Positions 1 to 12,600 of a stretch of 64,000 nucleotides of DNA are shown here, one piece after another; position 1 is the first letter of the stretch, and every line of letters starts with the position of its first letter. Made by a program: the position numbers and the translations under genes. Under the pieces are notes generated by a model. It ran no database searches, was not told the origin of the DNA, and saw only the letters and a list, made by a program, of their open reading frames with translations. Source of the DNA: Octopus sinensis (lineage: Eukaryota); contig NC_042999.1 in NCBI RefSeq assembly GCF_006345805.1, positions 128,712,001-128,776,000 of the forward strand, in the 5' to 3' direction.

Positions 1-183
1 AACTTTGTTTGAATTCAATCATTATCTGAAATTTCATTAAACATCCATATTTAGCAGATAATAAGAATTCCATAGTGTGCATTTTAATTCTATTTAAATA
101 ATGTTTGTGTCAGATTAATAATACTAAAGTGTTTGTGTCACATGTCGTATTGAGTTTGCTGTTAATTTCATTTTTCTATTCAG

Positions 184-269
184 TGTTATTCTGGGAACAA
201 CCTCAATGCTGTTCGTAACAACATATCCACTAGCTAAACGTTTTACCTATTGGCCACAGATTGTACTGG
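184..269 (+). CDS. COQ2: COQ2 (4-hydroxybenzoate polyprenyltransferase) internal exon; upstream exons lie outside the window
   Basis: cag|...|gtaag; translates (S)VILGTTSMLFVTTYPLAKRFTYWPQIVLG, matching the COQ2/UbiA YPLxKRxxxWPQ motif. Confidence 0.93.
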
Positions 270-1982
270 GTAAGTATATTTTAATGCTTGTTCTATCATT
301 TTACTTTGAATTTTTTCTAAGTTTGTCAACAGCAAGAGAGCCACCAGTTCTACTTTCTGTGTTTATGCTAAATTAATTCATCTCCTATTTATGGAACTAT
401 TTATACCTACCAGGAAAGCTTTTACTGGAAACTGCTGAATAAAACATTGGTTCCTATTACTAATAGACCAACAAAATAAGTACTGAGGTTGATTTGTTTC
501 ACTAAAACCCCTTCAAAGTGGTATCCCAACAGCATTGCTGCAATCCAATGACTGTAACAAGTAAAAAAAAGATACTGTTGCAATAACTTGTATCGTTGTT
601 CTTCATGTGCAAGAGTTACATGATACCAAGATTAATTCTGTATGATTTTGTCTCAGCCTTATGCCAGATTAGTACTAGCATTTTGGTGCTGCCATGTTTT
701 CATTTGTGTGTGTGTGTGTCAGTATTCCTATTCATATGTCTGTCCTAGTGTAAATTGAATCTGCTTGGAAATTGTATGCTTTCTCTTATCACTAGTCTTC
801 TCTGAGACTCTGTAGCTTATCAGGCCAATGAGTCTTCTCCATCTGACAATCACCTAATTATATCACTATCATCATCAACATCTGTTTTTTCATGCTTGCA
901 TTGACTGAATGGATCTGTTCCAGTGCAGCACCTTACCATATGTGGTGGTCCTTCTTTATTCTAATACAAAACCACCAGTCTCTGTTATGTGCGACATGAG
1001 GGAAATGTGTCTTTATGCATTGATGTCTTTCTATTGCCAACTATTTTACAGCATGGACTATATTTTTTGTGCCACCAACATTAATGAGATTGTTGTAGCA
1101 TAACTAAAGAGTAATCTTTACTATGTATCAGTTTTTATTTAGCGCTACTACCTCCTAAGCAGATAGCCTTTGCTGTGGCTTGCAGACTTCATCCACACTG
1201 CTTTCATTTTATCCTTTTGTGGCATGATTTTTACAATTGAAGGCATCCTATGCTATCAGCACTAGAGTGATTGTCTGCCAGAACTTTCTACTCTGTATGT
1301 TTTTGATTTTTTTGATATTTATTTAGATTTACTGCCATCTTTGATGAGTCTTCTTTGTTGCAGTCTGTGACATCTCCTGATTATAGTGGAACCTTTCTCA
1401 TTTAATGTAGGGCTTGTTCACAGTTTATATATTTGTATATAGATGTGTTTATATGTATACATTTAACATCATCATCATTTTACATCTGTTATCCATGCTG
1501 CTATAAGCTAGGCAGGTCATTGCTGCTGTCTTTAATGAGTCAGATTACATCTCCCTTCTAAGTTTAATTTATGACTTAGTTTCTCTGACTGGATGTCCTG
1601 CTTAACTCCAGCCACTTCACAGAATGTAATGAATGCAGTTTTTCATGGCATCAGTACCACAAACAAGACTAAATGGTTCTCTTAACTCTCTCCACAATTT
1701 ACACAATGTACCGGATACCTTTTTATCATGGCTCCAACATGAGAGAGTGGTGGATAGCAAAAGGTAGCTAAATAGTAAGATTGAAGAGTAGTAGTGGATG
1801 TATATATCAATCTATCTATCATATATATATAAATGAGAGAAAGAAAATGTAATTCATGAGACATTTTGATCTATCATGCACTGGTACCTCACAGGTGAGA
1901 TGCTGTATAAACAATTTTGGTGCATTGTAGATGACTTGTCAAGTGGTAGCTTGTTTTTTTTATTTGCCATTTCACTTATATA

Positions 1983-2048
<66 letters not shown>

Positions 2049-2216
2049 CCATACATGTGTGCACACACACAAACCAGACAGCTAAACTGTTATTACATTC
2101 TGTTACTAGGATGATAATATTTGTCATTACAACTGTGTAAGTGAGTGCATATATAACAAACAGAGACATATATGAACACATGAATTAATGGATTGTCAAT
2201 ATGTTTTCTATTTAAG

Positions 2217-2350
2217 GAATAACATTCAACTATGGTGCTCTGTTAGGTTGGTCAGCAGTGAGAGGTTCATGTGACTGGCCAGTTGTTCTCCCTTTGTATT
2301 TAAGCTGTGTTACTTGGACTCTTATATATGATACTATTTATGCTCACCAG
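2217..2350 (+). CDS. COQ2: COQ2 internal exon
   Basis: aag|...|gtaag; (G)[44 protein letters not shown]; phase matches the previous exon. Confidence 0.96.
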
Positions 2351-3224
2351 GTAAGCTTTTCACTTATATATATATATATATCATCATCATCATTTAACAT
2401 CTGCTTTCCATGTTGGCTTGGGTTGAACCTGTTAACGTGTAGGATGCACAAATGCATTATACACTTATATGATAGGTTTCCAGTTATGACATTTCACTCA
2501 CAAGGTGTTGGTCAACCCAGAACTAATTGCCTGTAAAGTGAACACCTTAATTTAACAATCACACCTACACAGTATCAACTTTTCCATGTTTGCATGGGTC
2601 ATGCAGACTTTGTTGAAGTTGATTTTCTATGGCCAGATGCCATTCCTGTTGCCAGCCCTCACTAGTTTCCAAGTAAGGTAATATTTCCCCATAACCAGAC
2701 ATGTTCACACAGAATATTGGAAACAAAGGTCACTTCCTGCATGACAGTAATGCCAGGGACAATAACATACAAGCACAAGCACACACACATGTATACATGT
2801 ATATGATGAGCTTCCTTCAGTTACTGTCCACCATATCCACTCACAAGGCTTTGGTCAGCCTGAGACTATAGTAGAAGACACTTTTCCTAGATATTACACA
2901 GTGGGACTGAACTTGGACACATGCTTGGGAAGCAAACTTCTTACTTCACAGTCACACCTGTGCATATATATAGTTTGTTTGGGTTTTTTCGTGACACAAA
3001 AACATAACAGTACTCAATGCGATTTTGTGTTATCAATTTGTAGTTTGATACATGTTTAGGTGTAAAATAAACAGGAATAACTTTCCCAGGCAATAATTTT
3101 ATTAACTCAACCCTTTAGTTGACGCTCCATATCAGCACAAGGATACAGGGTGGCATAGGTAGCCATAAGACCCTTTCTGAAGCGGTTTTTTTTTTACAGC
3201 TGGATAGCTCGTCACCAACAGTTT

Positions 3225-3304
<80 letters not shown>

Positions 3305-3489
3305 CTTTCAACCTTCTAGATACAGTAAAATAATTAACTGTCAAGAAATGGGGTTCATCTTAATTGACCATATCTGTATATTCTTACACTGACTTATGAA
3401 TTTTTTTGCCTGTGTTAGAAATCAGTTACAAAGCAGAATTTGATAAATCCAATAGAAAATGTTTTATACTTTGTTTCTTTATATATCAG

Positions 3490-3678
3490 GACAAATCCGA
3501 TGATATGAAGATTGGAGTGAAATCAACAGCATTAAAATTTGGTGACCAAACCAAGCAATGGTTAGCAGGCTCAAGTGTGTTTATGTTTGGTAACCTGGCT
3601 TTATCAGGTTATATGTGTGATCAGATATGGCCTTATTATACAGCACTTACCTTCACTATGCTGCATGTGGCAAACCAA
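3490..3678 (+). CDS. COQ2: COQ2 penultimate coding exon
   Basis: cag|...|gtaag; DKSDDMKIGVKSTALKFGDQTKQWL...HVANQ completes the second Asp-rich UbiA motif YAHQDKxDD. Confidence 0.96.
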
Positions 3679-5377
3679 GTAAGAAAAATGTTAATTCATA
3701 TAATAATGCACATAGTAAAACTCAGGTTAATTCTTTACTTCATTGGAGACATATTATTGCATGTGTGTGAATGTAAGTAAATAAGTAGTAGTTAGATTGA
3801 AACATGATCGAGAATGTTGACCTAGTAAAACAATGCCTCCTCTCTCAATAAAAACTATGTTCCCCTTTCCACTAGAAAGTTTACTATGAGCAAGAGAGTC
3901 TTTATGATTAGCCACCCATTCAGAAATATGCTAATGATAATAGTCTCCTATATTCAACTGGAATTCAAGGACACAACTGAACATTTAATCTTCATATAGT
4001 ATATCTGGAGTAAGTTCATTTGGTATGCTTTATCCCTTTTGTTTTAAAGCACCTAATGAAACATTTAGTGGTTTTACAATAAGTTGATCCTCCTGTGCAG
4101 TCTCTACTTACATCTAGGATAAGTTGATCACTTGAGATTTATGTATCTTTGCTACTGACTCGATGCAGTGCCAGTGATAGAGTGTGAATCAGTGGCTGTC
4201 AGGTTCTACCTGCTATAAATTCCATGTAACCTAGTACACAAATTATTTTAGTAATGAAAGTAGCTATTGCCATTCACCCACTGAGTGAAGAAGTGTAAGC
4301 ACTCTCTAAGATTGTCAATAGCTGACATTTCCTTGGGAGGAAATAAATGCCACTCAGATATCTACTTATTGAAACACTACATAATGACAGTTAAGCTCAA
4401 ATACAAAATCAGATCAATTGAGTAATGACTGGGAGAGTGAAGGGTTGCATTTCTTGCAATATAATCTTACATCCTTCTTGGGCCATTGATTTTGGATGGA
4501 TGTCTGTTGTACTGATGCAATCATTCACTTTTCCTCTCTCCACAACTCTCTCTTTCTGTAGCATGTCTTTGTTGTTTGTTCCTTCTCAAGCCATGCCCGG
4601 CTCATAAAGGCCAGTTTCATTGGCATATAGGTTCCCTACTTAGACGGGATGCCGATCCGTCTCAGATGAGCAGTTAGATGCAGGAGGAAAGAGTGAGAGA
4701 AAGTTGTGGCAAAAGAGTCAGCAGAAGTTTGCCATTGCCTTCTGCCGGAGCCACATGCAACTTAGATTCCATAAACACGCACATCGCGCAGTCTGAGATT
4801 CAAACCCATGATCCCTCAACCACAGGTCCACTGCTGTAACCACTAAGCCATGTGCCTTCATGCAACATGTCTTAGATACACCAAAGCCATGAAGATTTAT
4901 TACTTCAACATATTCTTGATTTAAAAATAACTTTAGAGATTAACCTTCAATATATGAGTGCAAGACTAAGTATAGATTCTTATCCAGGACTAAACTGCTT
5001 CATGACACATTAACATATTTTATGATCCTTTCATACTGGATTGATTATGATCCTATTTATCAATAGCTGTAGTTGTAATTGATCAATGTGTAGAGAAATC
5101 TTTTTCTGTGTTCTGATTGGGGAATATATTTATTGTAATGATAATAGTGATTGGTTATAATCAATGGCATTGATCATAGATTACAATAATACCTTATGAC
5201 ATATGTCAAATTTCAGAAAACCTTTTATTACTTAACAAAAATGATTCAGTTTGTTTTCATATAATTATTTTTTATTCTACTTTTGATGTAGATTTTTGTT
5301 TGTTTTTGCTTCATTTTTTGTTTAAATCAATTTAGTCAATTAATTTTATATTAATTATTGTCATTTTTTCCTTCCAG

Positions 5378-5500
5378 ATTTATTCTGTAGATTTGAATAA
5401 CCCAGCAGACTGTGCTAAGAAATTCTTGTCAAATGCAAAACTTGGAGCTGTGATGTTCTTTGGAATAACTCTTAGCAATCTTCTTAGAACAGTTTCATAG
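5378..5500 (+). CDS. COQ2: COQ2 last coding exon
   Basis: ttccag| IYSVDLNNPADCAKKFLSNAKLGAVMFFGITLSNLLRTVS*; matches the COQ2 C-terminus (DCxxKFxSN); TAG at 5498-5500. Confidence 0.94.
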   Translation: MYSVDLNNPADCAKKFLSNAKLGAVMFFGITLSNLLRTVS

Positions 5501-5712
5501 TAACTTATTCTTGATACCCAATTGTCTTTCTCCTGAAAGTTCGGCAGATAATACATATATCCATCTTTACATTGAACTTTTGAAAAACATCATCTTTTCA
5601 TGAAAAAAGAGTTTAAACACAATATTCAATATACAAGAGAAAAGCAGACAACATTTTCCAATGCCCTCCAGAACTGAATTCACAATAAATATATATATAT
5701 ATATATATATAT

Positions 5713-6159
5713 AAACTGCACCCAACATCAACCACAAAACCAGCAGTTAGAAAATGTGGAAGGCCCAACAGCAGAATCTGTGTCATCTTAGTAGAAGGTT
5801 CAGAATTTATACTAAAACAAGGCCATCAGTTCACCATTAGAACAAACTTCACCTGTGCATCAGAAAACTTAATTTACGTCTTAACATGCGCAGGCTGCAA
5901 TAGGCAATATATAGGCCATACAAAAAATAACAGTAACAGGATGGCGGTGCATAAATCACAAATTAGAAACCCTGAATACCGGAAAATACCGGTTAGCGGA
6001 CACATAGATAGATGTGCTGCAAATGAAAATCCGAAATTTACAACTTACCCACTTTACAAATTCAGTGACAGTGTAACCTTCACGCAACGCCAAAATAAAG
6101 AACTTTATTTCATCAAAAAATTTAGACCAAGTTTGAACACCCTGGGCCAGGAATATTAA
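5713..6159 (+). mobile_element. Penelope-like element 3' fragment: Zn-finger-like linker plus GIY-YIG endonuclease
   Basis: Uninterrupted frame KCGRPNSRIC...FTCASENLIYVLTCAGCNRQYIGHT...RMAVHKSQIR...ELYFIKKFRPSLN*; begins directly after an (AT)n tract. Confidence 0.85.
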
Positions 6160-6574
6160 AACAAAACATTGGTCTTCTGAAAAAGAAAAAACGAAACTCT
6201 ACCACAACCACTACGACTGCTCCCACTAGCACTACCACTACTACAACCACCGTGGTCACTGTTACTACGGCCACAGTGAGAGAATTAAAATAGTGGAGGT
6301 GGGGGCAATTACAATTTCTCAGATCCTTAAACAGTCACTCCTGCTTAGGGAAGGAAAAATTTATAAAAAGATTTTTTTCTCTGCGAACAGATCTGATTTT
6401 GATTAGTCAAAAAATTGATGACATTTTACCTCAGTAGTCAAGCTTGTCGCCATGCTTGATTGGTTTCCTTACAAGATACAGTTATGGGTCAGGTCTAATT
6501 CTGATTCGTTAAAAAATTGATGACATTTTTCTTCCGTGGTCAAACTAGCCGTTCTGCAAGGTTAGCCACCTAAC

Positions 6575-7330
6575 AGGATACCCATACCAACCAGGGACCA
6601 TTACACTAAGGAACTAATATACAGGATCGATGAATTTATCCACAGGATTAGATGGGAAATATTTAACCATGAGAAAAATCTCACAAAAGTGAACTACGAA
6701 GACAATAACGACCACGATTACACTAGAATAAGAAGTAATTATGAAGAAATAATTGAACTCACTAGAAATACTTTCAAATCAAGAAAATCACCACCACCAA
6801 ACAAATACTTGGATAACTTCAAGCAGGACTTATGGAACACCATTAGGAGTATTAAATTCAAGAACCATCCACTAAGGAATAACCCATACCAAAGGAAATT
6901 ATAAGAACTCTTAAGAGTAAAACTTACCATGAGTTATTACTTAAGGAAATCACAAAAAAAATATAGGGTTGTACCTTTTGAGGTAGTAAGTACACAATAT
7001 GATAATAGAGTATATATTGGGGCTACTAAGAATAATTTGAAACAGAGACTAAATTATCACAGATATACTTTTAAAAATAGGAATAGGATTAATTCTACAG
7101 GGTTAAGTGCATATATATGGGAGCTTAAGGACAAAAAATCAATTATAATTTGCAATGGAAAATACTTATATCTGCACCAGCGTATAATAATAGGAATAAA
7201 AAAATGCTCATTATGCATTAATGAGATTTTTTTTATAATTAGGGCTACTTTACCAATTATTAACAATCTTAAGGAACGAAATGTTTCATGCCTTCATAGA
7301 CTGGCATATACTTTCTCTAGATACAAATAA
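6575..7330 (+). mobile_element. Internally deleted Penelope-like element (ORF N-terminus joined to GIY-YIG endonuclease, RT core missing)
   Basis: IPIPTRDHYTKELIYRIDEFIHRIRW...FKSRKSPP...FKQDLWNTIRSIKF resembles the PLE N-terminus; followed by VYIGATKNNLKQRLNYHRYTF...STGLSAYIWELKD...CSLCINE; stop/frameshift damage. Confidence 0.75.
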
Positions 7331-7829
7331 TACGTAGTTCTAAATACCCTTTCAAATAGATGTAAATAGTTGTTAATAGCTTTTTTACTTTATTATATTT
7401 AGGAATACAAAATTGTAAAGGGTTATGGGCATATTATTTTTTGTATATCTATGCATAAGTGTATAATATGTATAATATATGTATTTGTATATGAATGTGT
7501 TTATATATTTTGATCTGAGTGTTTTTTGTGTGTACATATTTGTATTTTTTATATACTGGTACTTGTGTGTAAATATATCTTTATATTTATGTATATTGAT
7601 ATGTATTTACTTTTGGCTTTTAGTATATATATCTTGAAATGGCACAAAATGCTGGGAAGAAAATTACAGGAAGTGGAACTTACAAACTGATACATGCTGT
7701 TAAATATAAGTTATCTCGCTCTGTAACCACACAAAGAATCTTTATAGATCCAGGAAGCAAATGAGCTGTTATACATGAATAAGGCAATTCATAATACCTT
7801 ATAAAATAAAGGATTTAATCACTACAGAA

Positions 7830-7979
7830 GAAAAGACTTATGGTAAGAAGTTTGTTTTCCAACCACATGGTTTCAGGTTCAGTCCCACTGTATAGCACCT
7901 TAGGCAAGTGTCTTCTGCTATAGCTTTGGGCTGACCAAAGCCTTGTGAGTGAATTTGGTAGACGGAAACTGAAAGAAGC

Positions 7980-8020
<41 letters not shown>

Positions 8021-8545
8021 ATGTATGTATGTGCATGTAGTGAAGGCTTAGTGATTAGGGTATTTGGCTCACAATCATTAGGTTGTGTGTTCAATTCCAG
8101 GCGACGCATTTTGTCCTTGAGTAAGTCACTTTATTTCACATTTCCCCAGTCCACTCACCTAGCAAAAATTAGTACCTGTATTTCAAAGGACCAGCTTTGT
8201 CATGTACTGTGTCATGCTAAATCTCCCTGAGAACTACATTCAGGGTACACGAGTCTGTTGAATACTCAGCCACATGAACATTAATTTCACAAGCAGGCTG
8301 TTCCATTGATTGGATCAACTTGAACCCCTCTTGTCATAACCAATGGAGTACCAGTGTATACATATGTGTCTTTGAAATTTGTGTTTACATTCCCATAACT
8401 AAGTGGTTCAGCAAAAGAGACCAATAGAATATGTACCAGGCTTTAAAAAAAGTATGAGAGTTGATTTATTCAACTGAAAACCCTTCAAGGTAGTGCCCCA
8501 GTATGGCTACAGTCTAATGAGTGAAACATGTAAAGGATACAAGAT
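7830..8545 (+). mobile_element. Nested tRNA-derived SINEs
   Basis: Pol III B-box-like GGTTCAGTCCC head, body shared with many other copies in the window, second SINE from about 8040 inserted inside. Confidence 0.6.
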
Positions 8546-9413
8546 ACCATCAGAACATGTTTTTAACTATTTGAAATACTAAATTCATAACAATAATTAA
8601 TCTTTCCTAGAAATGTTAGAGAAATAGATGTATTTAAAATAGCCACAGGTTTGTCTGTGTAATTAAGAAGTTTGCATCTTCGTCACGAGGTTTCAGTTCA
8701 GGTTCAGTTCCACTATGTGGCACCTTGGGCATGTATCTTTTACTACAACCCAAGATCAAACAAATCCATTTATGTATGTGTGTCTTTGTTTACATCTGCT
8801 GCTCACTTATTCAAAAATCACAATGTTCACATGGTGCTCCGTTGGCATTTCTTTCGTCAATAAATTGCCTGCTTACTTTATTGCTTTGCAGTTATGTTGA
8901 AAAAGTGATCCCTTTCTTGAAAAACAGGTAAAGGTTAGTATCAGGAATGGTATCCAGCCTCAATAACACAATTGTCTAACATGAAAAAATTTGTAAAACA
9001 AAGGAGTGAAGATGAGAATCAAAATTGATGTTTGTCCAACCCATGACAGCATGGAAAACAGACATTAAATGATCCCATGCCAGTGGCATGTAAACGGCAC
9101 CCAGCACACTGTAAATTTGTTGGCATTATGAAGGGCATCCAACCAAAAAAAACATGCCAAAACAGACAAGTGGAGCCTGGACAGCTTTCTGACTGGCCAT
9201 CTCCTGTCAAACCATCCATCCCATACCAGCATGGAAAACGAGTGTTAAATGATGATGGTGTTAGTGATCCCTTAGAATACTTGTTGACCTAGAAAGGAAT
9301 GAACACAAAGCTGTAACAGACCAAGAAGTACTTCATAAAGTCACAGCATGTGGCAAGGCTCACCCACAATTATAACTAAAGAAATCAAAACAACAGAAAA
9401 TGTTACACAAAAT

Positions 9414-9419
9414 TTTATT
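9414..9419 (-). promoter_or_regulatory. Putative COG5 polyadenylation signal
   Basis: AATAAA on the minus strand about 115 nt after the COG5 stop, followed by U/GU-rich sequence. Confidence 0.55.
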
Positions 9420-9533
9420 TAATGATACAAAAAATAAATAAACAAGTTTTTCCCCCTCAACAAGATACATATGTAACTCCCTTTCTGTTTATCACCCACA
9501 ATTTTGACTGTTTAAAAATAGTTTTCTTCTATG

Positions 9534-9648
9534 TCAGGTTGCTTGTTGAAGACCTTGTTGAAGCAATTCTAACATAACAGGATATATGTCGGCAAACTTC
9601 TTGCCCTGACGACATTTAACTTGCTGTACATAGGCTTCCAGTGCGCCT
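9534..9648 (-). CDS. COG5: COG5 exon 22 (last)
   Basis: [37 protein letters not shown]. Confidence 0.95.
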
Positions 9649-12600
9649 CTGTAAAAGATAATGAAAATATCACCCTATAGCATCATTCAGATTGAAGGTG
9701 TTAATATTTATTCTGAAATCCATCAAAAATGGTAAAAGTATTCAGTTTACACACACATGTAGGTAGCATCATCATTTTATCTGTCATACCTAACTTGTCA
9801 AGATCTTGGGATTACTTCAGTTCAAGACTTCCTACTCTCTTCTACTACTTCATGGTACTTAATCCTACCAATATGAATCATACTATTCTTCTCCTCATCA
9901 GCATCAGGAAATAATCAATTTTTGGCAGCTTTTAGCCTCTTAAATACATTTCAATGTATTTCCCATGATGTGGAAGACAGTTATAGGTCACAGTAAACAT
10001 CATGTAAAAGAGTTACGTAGATATCTTCTTAACTTTTACAAATCCATTCAATGTTTTCAAATAAAATACCCAACAATAGAAAATATTTAATTTCACTATA
10101 AAATGAAAATTTATCCAGATATTGAAATGATCTAAAGTCAGTAAAATAGGTATTAGCAAACTTTTAGGGGACAAATTGGGAATATTTTTATGCCTTACAG
10201 GCTAAGGTTAATAAAAAATTAAACTATAATCATACTAAGCAATAGACATGACTTGTTTAATTACTTTAATATTTTACATTATAAGACTATGTACCTTGAC
10301 AAGCATCCCTATAATATATATTTCAAAGTTTGGCACAAGACCAGCAATTTCAGGGGAGGGGCTAAGTAAGTTACATTGACTCCGGTGATCAACTAGTATT
10401 TATTTTACCAACCCTGAAAAGATGAAAGGCAAAGTCGACCTCAGTGGAATTTGAACTCAGAGTGTGAAAATAGACGAAATGCCTCTAAGCATTTCGCTGA
10501 GAGTGCTAACGATTCTGCCAGCTTGACACCTTAAATTTCCTTGTAATATCACTCAATGAGGACTATGAAATTCTGGTGGGAAGAAGACCCTATAATCAGA
10601 CTGCAGTTCAAATTTTGTGTTCTTGTATTCAAAACTGACTGGAAACGGTTAGCCAATTCAACATAATTCAACTTCAAAAACGTTTTTTTACATAAATATT
10701 ATGTGCTAAATGCTAAACTCTTAAAAGTTGATCTAGGTTTCCCATTTGTACTAGTCTTTTGATCTGGCAGAAGTTCTTCAATAATGCAATCAGAAGGATT
10801 TTGAAAAAAAATTTTTAATGCCTTCACATTTTCAATGAGATATGAAAAACACTGTTGAAACTATAGATAGGCAAGTGAATATGTTGATATTTTTAAATTG
10901 TGGCACCAGCCAGTTTACTTGCTTTCTGCAACAGATAAGTAAACTCTTTTACTGTCATTTCCTCATTTATTAACAACATATGAGACACTGTTGCTCTATT
11001 CATTTAGGAACATGAAAATATGTAAAATCTCCCACCTAGGGAAAATTTTTCCTATATTAATATAAAACACTACTTCATTTAAAGCCACTGCACATAACCT
11101 TTTGCTCCATTTTCAATACTATATTTTTTTGCTTACCACAGACATACAGAAAACAAAGAACTTACATGCAACATCACATATCCAATGAATTTGCCGAGCC
11201 ATGGGTCAGAGTTCATGGTTTGCTGACCCATGAATTATTAGAAAAGGAAATTACACACTTAGAAATGCACAAAAGAAACTTACTTAATAAATGTGAGTCT
11301 ATCTTTTTCTGATGTGTGATTATCTAACCATTGGGAATAATAACTCACTGACCAGTCAGCATTCTGAAACAGAAGTAATTAATTACTGGTAAAGTTGATG
11401 ACTTAATATATTTAATTTTGCTTTTAAAAGATTGAGAAACATTTTATATTACTCCATAACAAAAGACAGCTCACCTGAAAGTTTAAAACAAATGGCAAAT
11501 TTGCACTTTGGCATAAAATAGAGGGATTATTTATCAATAATATAAATATGCTAACTTTTTGTTTTTGTACATACCTGTTGTGTGCGTCACACTTACTTCA
11601 AAGAAGTGGCAATGTGAGAGAGAGAAAGGGAGAGTGAGAGTGAAAGAGACTGAGTGGTGACAGCGTTTTGTCTTTTTAAATGTTTCAGAGAGGACATAAG
11701 ACAGACAGAAAGAGAGTGAAAGAGACAGTCAGTGAGTGATGACAGCATTCATCACAAGAGAAGTAGATACATATACACATTGTTAAATCAAAAGCAGGAG
11801 GGAAAAGGGACACAAAGGAAATGAAAGAGAAAGTGAGAGAGGCAATAGATACATAAATCCAAAGAAAAGTTCATACATAGATACATATACACAGCAAGTA
11901 TTGGATGTCAATTACACTTTTCATTATCACATGAGGATAAAATTAACACACAAACGGCTGTGTACTCCACAGACATGCATAACATTAACGTAGGTCTCAG
12001 GGAGATTCAGCCTCACACAGAATATGACGAGGCTGGCCCCTTTTAATTACAGCTACAACATATATATACATATGAGAGAGGAGTGAGTGGTGTTTGTTTT
12101 GTTTTCAACCGCAGCAAATAAACAAAAACTGTCTAATACATTGTATATGTATTTCTATTGAATCATTTTGGACATTTATTGAAAAATTGAAAGAGAAAGA
12201 GCTTGAAGACAACTAAAACAATTCCAGTCAATTTCTTTATTAACCATGAGGTTGAGAAAAAGAGGGGACAATAGGAGGAGTCAGTGGCAAAGCAACAGGT
12301 AGAAAGAGAGAGAGAGAGGTGAAGACTTCATTGTGGATTATCTGACACTGTCTCTAGGCATGTGTTTGTGTATGTTTGTACATGCTGTTTTGAATTCCTT
12401 TCTTCCACTGACCTTAAACTACTATTAAAGGCCCAACCACACACACATATACACATTTGTTTTAAGCCATTTAAATTTTGAATTTGTTTTCATTATAAAA
12501 TTACACCTCAGCTAAAAAAACATCTTTTAGCTTTGGAATACAATGTTGTCTTTTCCTTTCTATATTTTTTAAGTTAGAATTTCTGGCTCATCTGTTGATA

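Noticed and set aside
1854-2181. Overlapping ORFs rich in YIYIYI (also 3119-3344, 48253-49559)
   Set aside because: Translations of (TA)n microsatellites
7330-7820. Searched for a hammerhead in the PLE 3' tails (also 63273..63540)
   Set aside because: No CUGANGA...GAAA core with pairing stems found by eye
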